A stretch of 60,003 bases of DNA, taken from NCBI GenBank assembly GCA_016933475.1, contig JAFGAW010000009.1, positions 1 to 60,003 of the forward strand. Direction: 5' to 3'. Of this stretch, positions 1 to 7,187 are shown one piece after another. The stretch comes from Thermoleophilia bacterium (GTDB lineage Bacteria; Actinomycetota; Thermoleophilia; UBA2241). Numbering within the stretch: the stretch's first letter is position 1; every line of letters begins with the position of its first letter. Under the pieces are notes generated by a model, which searched no databases, was not told the DNA's origin, and worked only from the letters and a program-made list of their open reading frames with translations. A program made the translations under genes and the position numbers.

Positions 1-1427
1 AGCTCGTGGGCGATGGGGTCGGCGTCGGTGACGCGCAGCACGTAGCTGACGATGCTGTTGCCGGCCGAGCCGCGGCCCGAGTAGAGGATGCCGCGGCCGC
101 GAGCGAACTCGACGATGTCGCGCACGGCGAGGAAGTACTCGGCGAAACCGAGCTCCTCGATGACGCGCAGCTCGCGCTCGAGGCGAGAGGTGACCTCGGG
201 GGTGAGCACGCCGTAGCGCTCGGCGGCGCCGGCGAAGCAGTGCTTCCAGAGCAAGGAGAAGGCGGTCTCGTCGGGCGGCAGCGGGTAGGCGGGGAAGAGG
301 AGCCGCCCGAGGCCGAGGTCGAGGTGACAGCGCTCGGCGATGCGCGCGGCGCCGGCGACGGCGTCGGGGTACCGCTGGAAGAGGCGGCGCATCTGGGCCG
401 CGCTCTTGAGGTAGAGCTCGGCGTTCTTGCGCCCCAGGGGGTTGGGCAGCGGCTGGCTGGCGGCCTCAGCGGCGAGCACGTCGTGCAGGGGGGCGTCGTG
501 CTGGTGCGTGTAGTGGACGTCGTTGGTCGCGACCGTGGGCAGGCGCAGCTCGCGGGCGAGCAGGTGGAGGGCGCGCAGCCACTTCGTGGAGTCGGGGAGC
601 AGCTCGTGCTGCAGCTCGACGTGGAAGTCGCGGCCGAAGAGCTCGCGGTAGACGGAGGCCGCGCGGCGGGCGCCCTGCGGGTCGCCGGCGAGGAGGCGCG
701 ACCAGACCTCGCCGCGCCGGCAGCCGGAGAGGGCGACGATGTGGCCGCCGTGGGCGGCGAGGGTCTCGAGGCGGGCGAGCGGCGGCTCGCCCGGGTGCTC
801 GAGGTGGGCGGCGCTGATGATGCGGCAGAGGTCGGACCAGCCCGCGTAATCTTTGGCGAGCAGCACGAGGTGGTGGCCGCCGGCGGCCCTGGCGGCGGCC
901 GGCGGCATTGTCGCCGCCGCCTTGAGGTGCCGGATGCGGCCGTCGTCGCCGAGGGCGGCGCCGGGCGGCGTGGCGGGCGCTCCGGGCGGGGGCGGGGTCT
1001 CCGGGGGGCGCTGCGCTCCATGTCGACCCGGTGGGTACGGCCGCCCTTCGGGCGCGCCCACCCGACATGAGCCCCCGTCGACCCCACCCCCGCCCTCCGC
1101 ACCCGCGAGTCGCCGCCCGGCGCCGGGGAGCCCGCGCGGGCTCGGCCGCCGATCGGCCGGCTGCCGGCCGCCGACCCGGCTCGCGGCGTCCGTGCGCCGC
1201 CCGGCGTCGGCGACGGGCTCGACGGTGAGCTCGACGCCGGCGATCGGCTTGACGCCGGCCGCCTCGCAGGCCTGGTAGAAGCGCACCGCGCCGTAGAGCC
1301 CCTCGTGGTCGGTGACGGCGAGCGCCGGCATCTCGAGGCGCGCCGCCTCGGCGACGAGCTCGTCGATGCGGCAGGCGCCGTCGCCGAACGAGAAGACCGT
1401 GTGGGTGTGCAGGTGGACGAAGCTCAC
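1..1427 (-). CDS. dnaE2: DNA polymerase III alpha-type replicase, N-terminal ~475 aa from the PHP domain onward. Probably the SOS-inducible DnaE2 type. The 3' part lies outside the window.
   Basis: This minus-strand frame is missing from the ORF track because it has no stop inside the window. My translation from GTG at 1427 reads VSFVHLHTHTVFSFGDGACRIDELVAEAARLEMPALAVTDHEGLYGAVRFYQACEAAGVKPIAGVELTV ... LVLLAKDYAGWSDLCRII ... GRGSAGNSIVSYVLRVTDADPIAHEL at the window edge. The frame is the same (position mod 3) at both ends. A LexA box lies 88 nt upstream. Confidence 0.8.
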   Translation of the reverse strand, partial: MSFVHLHTHTVFSFGDGACRIDELVAEAARLEMPALAVTDHEGLYGAVRFYQACEAAGVKPIAGVELTVEPVADAGRRTDAASRVGGRQPADRRPSPRGLPGAGRRLAGAEGGGGVDGGSCRVGAPEGRPYPPGRHGAQRPPETPPPPGAPATPPGAALGDDGRIRHLKAAATMPPAAARAAGGHHLVLLAKDYAGWSDLCRIISAAHLEHPGEPPLARLETLAAHGGHIVALSGCRRGEVWSRLLAGDPQGARRAASVYRELFGRDFHVELQHELLPDSTKWLRALHLLARELRLPTVATNDVHYTHQHDAPLHDVLAAEAASQPLPNPLGRKNAELYLKSAAQMRRLFQRYPDAVAGAARIAERCHLDLGLGRLLFPAYPLPPDETAFSLLWKHCFAGAAERYGVLTPEVTSRLERELRVIEELGFAEYFLAVRDIVEFARGRGILYSGRGSAGNSIVSYVLRVTDADPIAHE

Positions 1428-1514
1428 GCGCTCGCTGGTCGCGGGGTGGGCGCCGCGACCGCGGCCGGTGGGGTGGCTCAGGCCGCGGCGCCCGTGGTTC
1501 GGACCTCTCGATGG

Positions 1515-1538
1515 TGACACGAACATATGTTCGTGTCA
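1515..1538. promoter_or_regulatory. LexA (SOS) box, Gram-positive/actinobacterial type
   Basis: Perfect 24-nt palindrome TGACACGAACATATGTTCGTGTCA with core CGAAC-ATAT-GTTCG (1520-1533). It lies between divergent dnaE2 (start 1427) and the TrkA-C gene (start 1669). Confidence 0.8.
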
Positions 1539-1668
1539 ATGCCTCGTCGGGTGCTGTGGCCCAGCCGCCGGCGGGGATCAGATCGACGGTCGTGCCCCCC
1601 GCCCCCCCGCCCGGCGGCTCTCCCTCTTCCCCTGTTCGACCCGGACACTCGTGAGCTACACTCTCGGT

Positions 1669-2157
1669 ATGAGCGAGATCGAGGAGACCCGCCTGCCCGG
1701 CGTCGGCATCCGTTTCGAGTTCCCGCTGGAGAGCGGCGACCATCTCGTGACCATCAATCACAACAGCGGACGGGCCGAGATCCTGCTCTGCGACAGGGAC
1801 GACCCCGACGTCTGTCACGAGGTCCTGCGTCTCGCGAGGGGTGATGTCAAGGCGCTCACCGAGGTGCTCAGCCAGGCGCGCGTGACCGAGGCCGCGTCGA
1901 TGCGCCCCCAACTCCTGATGGAGGGGCTGACCATCGACTGGGTGAGCGTCGACGCCGCATCGGCCTGCGGCAACTGCAGCCTCCACGACATCGAGCACCA
2001 GGACGAGGGGGCCGCGTCCATCGTCGCCGTTCTCCGGGACGGCAAGATGATCGTCGCCCCGCCCTCGTCCTTCACGGTCAGACCGGGCGACGTGGCCGTG
2101 GTCGTCGGCACGCCGGAGGGGGCCGAGGCTCTGGGCCGCCTGCTGCGCTCGGGGTAG
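1669..2157 (+). CDS. TrkA-C domain regulatory subunit of a cation:proton antiporter (KhtT-like)
   Basis: MSEIEETRLPGVGIRFEFPLESGDHLVTINHNSGRAEILLCDRDDPD... and a C-terminal ...IVAVLRDGKMIVAPPSSFTVRPGDVAVVVGTPEGAEAL block typical of TrkA-C. It sits 5 nt upstream of a CPA2 antiporter gene. Stop is TAG. Confidence 0.7.
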   Translation: MSEIEETRLPGVGIRFEFPLESGDHLVTINHNSGRAEILLCDRDDPDVCHEVLRLARGDVKALTEVLSQARVTEAASMRPQLLMEGLTIDWVSVDAASACGNCSLHDIEHQDEGAASIVAVLRDGKMIVAPPSSFTVRPGDVAVVVGTPEGAEALGRLLRSG

Positions 2158-2162
2158 CGGCC

Positions 2163-3338
2163 GTGGGCGGCGTCGTCGCGGTGACCCCGAGCGGGGCGGT
2201 CCTCCTCATCGCGATCGGCGCCGTGCTCGTGCTCCTCGCCCTGCTCGCCCGCCTCGCCGCCCACACCGCGTTCTCGCCGATCCCCCTCTACCTGCTCGCC
2301 GGCCTCGTCATAGGTTCCGTCGCCCCGCGCGATCTCGACGCGACCGCGATGGAGATCGGTACGCAGATCGCCGTGATCCTCCTGCTCTTCATGCTGGGCC
2401 TCGAGTACGTCGTCGACGACGTCGTCGGCAGCCTGCGCTCCAGCTTGCCGGCCGGGCTCCTCGATATGGTCCTCAACTTCCCGCCCGGCTTCATCGTCGG
2501 TCTCCTCATGGGGCTCGGCGGGCTGCACGCCGCCGTGCTGGGCGGGGTGACCTACATCTCTTCGTCGAGCATCGTGGCCAAGGTGCTGGACGACCTGGGA
2601 CGGCTCGCCAACCGGGAGACTCCGGGGATGCTGGCGATCCTCGTGCTGGAGGACCTCGCGATGGCCCCGTACCTGCCGCTCATGGCCGTGCTGCTCGCCG
2701 GAGGGAGCATCGTCGCCGGCGTCGGCTGGGCCGCGGGCGCCACGGCGCTCGCCTTCGTCGCGCTCTCGCTGGCCCGCCGGCACGGCTCCTCTCTCGGCCG
2801 GCGCCTCGCGCACCCGAAGAGCGAGGTCGTGCTCCTGAGCGTCATGGGGCTCCTGTTGATGGCCGGGGGCGTCGCCGAGCTGGGCCATGTCTCCGGCGGG
2901 GTCGTGGCTTTTCTCGTGGGGCTGTCGATCTCGGGATCGATCGCGCAACGCGCCCGCGAGCTGCTCGGTCCGCTGCGTGACCTGTTCGCGGCGCTGTTCT
3001 TCATGTCGTTCGGGTTCATGGTCGACGAGACGGCGATCCCCGGTGTGCTCGGTGTGGCTCTGGCGCTGTGGGCGATCACCGTCGCGACCAAGATGGGGAC
3101 CGGTTGGGTGGCGGTGCGCGGCAGGAGCGGCGTCGCCGGCCGCCTGCGGGCCGGCACGGCGCTCGTCGCCCGCGGCGAGTTCTCGATCGTCATCGCCAGC
3201 CTCGCGGGGACGACCGGCGTCGACCCGCGTCTGGCACCGTTGGCGGCGGTGTACGTGCTGCTCACCGCCGTGAGCGCGCCGCTGCTCACGCGCTACGCCG
3301 ATCTGCTGGCGCCGCGCCGCCGTCGCCCATCCGGCTGA
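2163..3338 (+). CDS. Cation:proton antiporter, CPA2/Kef-type membrane subunit
   Basis: 391 aa polytopic membrane protein (IPLYLLAGLVIGSVAP..., LLLFMLGLEY..., RGEFSIVIA...). GTG start. Paired with the TrkA-C gene. Confidence 0.8.
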   Translation: MGGVVAVTPSGAVLLIAIGAVLVLLALLARLAAHTAFSPIPLYLLAGLVIGSVAPRDLDATAMEIGTQIAVILLLFMLGLEYVVDDVVGSLRSSLPAGLLDMVLNFPPGFIVGLLMGLGGLHAAVLGGVTYISSSSIVAKVLDDLGRLANRETPGMLAILVLEDLAMAPYLPLMAVLLAGGSIVAGVGWAAGATALAFVALSLARRHGSSLGRRLAHPKSEVVLLSVMGLLLMAGGVAELGHVSGGVVAFLVGLSISGSIAQRARELLGPLRDLFAALFFMSFGFMVDETAIPGVLGVALALWAITVATKMGTGWVAVRGRSGVAGRLRAGTALVARGEFSIVIASLAGTTGVDPRLAPLAAVYVLLTAVSAPLLTRYADLLAPRRRRPSG

Positions 3339-3346
3339 CGCCGCAT

Positions 3347-3372
3347 CGCGGCCTGCCGCGGGACAGGCCGCG
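3347..3372. terminator. Hairpin between convergent genes (candidate bidirectional terminator)
   Basis: CGCGGCCTG (3347-3355), 8-nt loop, CAGGCCGCG (3364-3372). No clear T-tract. Confidence 0.35.
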
Positions 3373-3470
3373 GCGCCGATGGTCGCGTGACGCCGACCGT
3401 TCAGTTCGCGACGGCGGCTTCTTGATGCGAAGCGGCTGAGCCATGACGACGGCTTCGCCGCGCACCGCGG

Positions 3471-4226
3471 CTACCTCGCGACGGCGGCCTCGGCGAGGTC
3501 GTTGACGACGACGTCGGCGCCGTTGGCGGCAAGGCCCTCGGCGTTGCCGCCGCGGTCGATGCCGATGACGAGGGCGAAGCCGCCGGCGCGGCCCGCCTTT
3601 ACGCCGGCGACCGCGTCTTCGACGACGACGGCGCGCTCGGGGCCGACGCCCAGGCGCCGCGCTGCCTCGAGGAAGACGGCGGGGTCGGGCTTGCCCGGCA
3701 GGCCCATCTCGGCGGCGACGACACCGTCGACCTGGGTCTCGAAGAGGTCGCGCACGCCGGCCGACTCGAGGATCATCGTCGCGTTCTTGCTCGCCGAGAT
3801 GATCGCCACGCGGATTCCGGCCGCGGTGAGCTCGCGGATGAACTCGATCGTGCCCTCGAAGACCTGTGCCCCGCGCTCCTCGATCGCGGCCACGAAGTGG
3901 ACGTTCTTGCGGTTGCCGAGGCCGCACACCGTCTCCGCGCCGGGCGGGTCGCCGGGGTCGCCCCAGGGCAGCTCGATGCCGCGCGAGGCGAGCGTGTCGC
4001 GCACCCCGTCGTAGCGCGGCTTGCCGTCGACGTAGCGCAGGTAGTCGGCCTCGGTGAAGGGCTCGAAGCGCTCGCCGGTGCGCCGCCCGCGCTCCTCGAA
4101 GTAGGCGTTGAAGAGCTGTGTCCAGGCGGCGCCGTGCAGGCTCGCGGTCTGGGTGACGACGCCGTCCATGTCGAAGACCACGGCGTCGATGTCCTGCGCC
4201 CGGATGACGACCTTCGGCTCGCTCAC
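3471..4226 (-). CDS. HAD-superfamily hydrolase, beta-phosphoglucomutase-like
   Basis: DAVVFDMDGVVT (motif I), IISASKN (motif II), GKPDPAVF and VVVEDAVAGVKAGRAGG (motifs III/IV). 251 aa. Stop is TAG. Confidence 0.85.
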   Translation of the reverse strand: MSEPKVVIRAQDIDAVVFDMDGVVTQTASLHGAAWTQLFNAYFEERGRRTGERFEPFTEADYLRYVDGKPRYDGVRDTLASRGIELPWGDPGDPPGAETVCGLGNRKNVHFVAAIEERGAQVFEGTIEFIRELTAAGIRVAIISASKNATMILESAGVRDLFETQVDGVVAAEMGLPGKPDPAVFLEAARRLGVGPERAVVVEDAVAGVKAGRAGGFALVIGIDRGGNAEGLAANGADVVVNDLAEAAVAR

Positions 4227-4460
4227 TGTGCCTCCCCTCGCGGGTCTCGGCCCGCGGCCGGCGTGACGACTGCAGGGTCGGTCCCCCTGCGGGATGGTCG
4301 CGCCTCGGCGGCCGCCTGTCCAGTGGCAGTCTGCCCGCCGCCGCCGGTTCTCTCCCGCGAGCGGACCGGTGCCGGCGTGGACGGGGGCGTGCCGGCGGCC
4401 GCGCGTGAGGGCGAGACGGCCGGGGGAGGCGACCCGCCCCGTCGGCTGCGTCGCGGCGCG

Positions 4461-4814
4461 TCAACTCAGGATGCGCTCGAGGGTCCAGCGCCTGGCGAGG
4501 CGGTCGTAGCAGAGCTCGAGCACGCGACCCTCGGCCTCGACGCGCCAGTACGAGCGGCTGACCCGGGTCGCCTCGCTCCACCACCCCGTCTCGACGACCC
4601 AGCGCTCAAGCACGCGGCGCACGCGCCAGCGGCGGCGGCGCCAGCCGAAGGACGAGGGCTGGCGCCGCCGCGCGTCCCAGGTGACGCCGATCGGCTCGGG
4701 GCCTCGACGGCCGGAGGGTCGCGGGGTGGGCGCCTGCTCCTCGGGGGTCGGTCGGCCGGTCACGTGCTGCTCCGTGGTCGCTGGATGGTCGTGCGGGGAT
4801 CTCGAGTGTGGCAC
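4461..4814 (-). CDS. Hypothetical small protein, candidate SOS-regulon member
   Basis: 117-aa ORF whose first possible start (GTG 4814) lies inside a LexA box. An alternative GTG is at 4763. The C-terminal half is Trp/Arg-rich and looks non-random (WRVRRVLERWVVETGWWSEATRVSRSYWRVEAEGRVLELCYDRLARRWTLERI). I am not sure of any family. Confidence 0.5.
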   Translation of the reverse strand: MPHSRSPHDHPATTEQHVTGRPTPEEQAPTPRPSGRRGPEPIGVTWDARRRQPSSFGWRRRRWRVRRVLERWVVETGWWSEATRVSRSYWRVEAEGRVLELCYDRLARRWTLERILS

Positions 4815-4832
4815 GAACGTATGTTCGTGTCA
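4809..4832. promoter_or_regulatory. LexA (SOS) box
   Basis: TGGCACGAACGTATGTTCGTGTCA is 22/24 identical to the box at 1515-1538. Core CGAAC-GTAT-GTTCG at 4814-4827. Confidence 0.75.
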
Positions 4833-4996
4833 ACGTCGGGCGGAACGACCGCGGAGGCGTGTCTGTCGCCTCAACGGAACAGCCGTGTGCGTGCGCCGCT
4901 TGTCTCGGACGAGCGACCGTGACTATGATTGTCGCATCTTAGAGCGACGCTGGGGGGCGACGCTCGCGCATCCGCGCCTGCGGAAAGGGGAGAGCT

Positions 4997-6859
4997 ATGG
5001 GAAGCACGAGTCACCGTCGCACGCCGATCCTCATCGTCCTGCTGCTTCTGGCGGCACTCGCGGTCTCGCTGGTCGCGGGTCTGGCGAGCGCCGCCGCCGA
5101 AGAGACCGCGTCGCCGGCGGCAGGCGACGAGAAGGTCATCTACCGTGTCGGCTGGCCCGACGAGCCGGACAGCATGAACCCGTACATCGGGTACACGGCG
5201 GAGGCGTTCGAGATCTGGTACCTCAACTACGATGCGCTCATCGGCTTTGACGCGGCCACGCTCAGCCCGATGAAGGGTGAGGAGTCGACGGGCCTCGCTA
5301 CCGACTGGACGACGAGTGAGGACGGTCTCACCTGGACCTTCACCCTGCGCCAGGACGCGGTGTTCAGCGACGGCGAACCCCTGACGGCCGATGACGTCGC
5401 CTTCTCGTACAACTACGTCATCGAGAACGACCTCGAGAACTGGACCGCGTACACGAACCTCATCGAGCAGGCGACCGTGATCGACGACTACACGGTCGAG
5501 TTCACCTGCTCGAAGCCCAAGCCCGACATGATCCGCCACTACGTGCCGATCGTGCCCGAGCACGTCTGGTCCAAGATCAGCCCCGAAGACGCGGCCGAGG
5601 GCTTCCAGAACCTCCCGACGATCGTCGGCTCCGGACCGTTCATCTGCACCGAGTGGAAGAAGAACTCGTACGTGAAGATGGAGGCCAACCCGAACTGGCG
5701 GGGCCCGGCGCCGAAGATCGACGAGATCTACTTCGTCTACTTCACGAACACCGATACGATGGTGCAGGACCTCAAGTCCGGCAACATCGACGGCGCCGCC
5801 GCCCTCGGGGCGGGTCAAATGGCGCAGTTGGAGAACGAGCCGGGCATCACCGCCGAGGCGATCTCCGTCGACGGCTTCAACGAGCTTGGCTTCAACTGCT
5901 ACGACAGCGACGACAGCAAGGCTCACCCCGCCTGCCGGGACTGGAGGTTCAGGCAGGCGCTCGCCTGGGCCGTCGACCTGCAGAAGGGCGTCGACCTCGT
6001 GTGGCAGGGGTACTCGCCGCCGGGCACGACGATCATCCCGCCCAACTACTACAAGGACCCGGACTGGCATTGGGAGCCCCCTGACGACGTCAGGTACACC
6101 TACGACCCCGAGAAGGCCAAGCAGCTGCTCGACGAGGCCGGGTATCTCGACTCGGACGGCGACGGGGTCCGCGAGTACGACGGGAAGCCGATCAAGCTCA
6201 GCCTGATCGCGCGCACGGAGTCGAACGAGAGCCAGCAGTGGGCGAAGCTCTTCGCCGGCTGGTTCAAGGACGTCGGCGTCGAGATCAAGATCGAAGTGAT
6301 GGACGAAGGCGCCCTCATGGACCGCATGTACAACTACGAGGGCGACACGTTCGCACCCGACTTCGAGCTCTTCCTCTGGGGCTGGTACCTCGACTTCGAC
6401 CCCGGCTCCATGTTGAGCTATATGACCGCGGACCAGATCGAGAACTGGAGCGACTGCAACTGGTCCGACCCCGAGTACGAGGAGCTCTACCTCCTCCAGG
6501 CTGAGGAGCTCGACACGGAGACGCGCCTCGGGTACATCCACCGCATGCAGGAGATCCTGTACGAGCAGTGCCCGTACATCGTGACCGACTACGGCCCCGA
6601 CTTCGAAGCGTGGAACACCGACAAGTGGGAGGGCTACATCCACATCCCCGAGCCGAGCGGCAACGTGCTGCTCCCGCCTTTCGGCAACGGCTGCGGCTAC
6701 ATGAACTTCTTGAGCATCCAGCCGAAGACGGCCGACGCGGCGGTCGACGAGGGCGGCAACACGGCTCTCTGGATCGCGCTCGCCGTGGGCGCGGTGATCG
6801 TGGCCCTCATCATCGTCTTCGTGCTCCGCGCGCGTAAGCCGCAGGCGGTGGAGGAGTGA
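4997..6859 (+). CDS. ABC transporter substrate-binding protein, family 5 (peptide/nickel type), with an N-terminal signal and a C-terminal TM helix
   Basis: 620 aa. Signal-like N-terminus MGSTSHRRTPILIVLLLLAALAVSLVAGLASAAA, family-5 blocks (YRVGWPDEPDSMNPY, GSGPF...W, YDPEKAKQLLDEAGY) and a C-terminus NTALWIALAVGAVIVALIIVFVLRARKPQ. RBS GGGGAGAG upstream. Confidence 0.9.
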   Translation: MGSTSHRRTPILIVLLLLAALAVSLVAGLASAAAEETASPAAGDEKVIYRVGWPDEPDSMNPYIGYTAEAFEIWYLNYDALIGFDAATLSPMKGEESTGLATDWTTSEDGLTWTFTLRQDAVFSDGEPLTADDVAFSYNYVIENDLENWTAYTNLIEQATVIDDYTVEFTCSKPKPDMIRHYVPIVPEHVWSKISPEDAAEGFQNLPTIVGSGPFICTEWKKNSYVKMEANPNWRGPAPKIDEIYFVYFTNTDTMVQDLKSGNIDGAAALGAGQMAQLENEPGITAEAISVDGFNELGFNCYDSDDSKAHPACRDWRFRQALAWAVDLQKGVDLVWQGYSPPGTTIIPPNYYKDPDWHWEPPDDVRYTYDPEKAKQLLDEAGYLDSDGDGVREYDGKPIKLSLIARTESNESQQWAKLFAGWFKDVGVEIKIEVMDEGALMDRMYNYEGDTFAPDFELFLWGWYLDFDPGSMLSYMTADQIENWSDCNWSDPEYEELYLLQAEELDTETRLGYIHRMQEILYEQCPYIVTDYGPDFEAWNTDKWEGYIHIPEPSGNVLLPPFGNGCGYMNFLSIQPKTADAAVDEGGNTALWIALAVGAVIVALIIVFVLRARKPQAVEE

Positions 6860-6901
6860 CCCGGACCTGAGCGGCACGTCCGTGCCCTTCTGAGGGCGAT
6901 C

Positions 6902-6944
6902 GGGGGGCGCCGGCGCCCGGCATGAGCCGGGCGCCGGCGCCCCC
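6902..6944 (+). terminator. Strong GC hairpin downstream of the SBP gene
   Basis: 18-bp perfect stem GGGGGCGCCGGCGCCCGG / CCGGGCGCCGGCGCCCCC with loop CATGAG, followed by TTCGTTCG. Confidence 0.6.
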
Positions 6945-7187
6945 TTCGTTCGCCCCACGACAGGGCGGCGCCTTCGTTCTCCTGCGCCCGGCCGCCGTCT
7001 CTGTTGTCCCGCGACAGGGCGGCGTCGGCAACGTGCCCGGGCGCCGACGGCGACGCGCCCGGACGGCGCCTCGCCGGCGTCGGGCCGGGTCCACCTGCGC
7101 GTCACGACCGGCGACGGCGCGACCGCGTGGACGGCCCTGGTCTGGCTCGAGGGCTGAACCCCGGTCGCCGCCCCCGTCTGGGGGTCG

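Noticed and set aside
466-1998. Long ORFs with Arg/Pro/Gly/Ala-rich translations lying antisense to, or out of frame with, recognisable genes. Examples: 466..1998, 3286..4584, 4871..7105, 7437..9539, 10963..14142, 13445..14749, 20966..23260, 24775..26208, 29960..31570, 34348..36762, 39788..41677, 43643..45271, 50273..52561, 54997..57597, 57758..59983.
   Set aside because: These are typical stop-poor shadow frames of ~70% GC DNA. Their translations are low-complexity (runs of R, P, G, A), have no recognisable motifs, and each overlaps a CDS with clear family signatures in another frame.
2155-2165. TAG stops of the TrkA-C gene (2155-2157) and of sdhC (15931-15933) as possible Pyl sites or fusions with the next gene.
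   Set aside because: The downstream genes (2163.., 15944..) are in different frames. The proteins are complete at the TAG by comparison with family lengths. These are ordinary stops.
4931-4948. tRNA(Pyl) or another tRNA in intergenic regions, for example the hairpin GTCGC-ATCTTAGA-GCGAC at 4931-4948 or the low-GC patch at 39780-39880.
   Set aside because: No cloverleaf, no T-loop (GTTCGAATC-like) and no CUA anticodon loop context are present. I found no convincing tRNA anywhere in the window, although a manual scan is not exhaustive.
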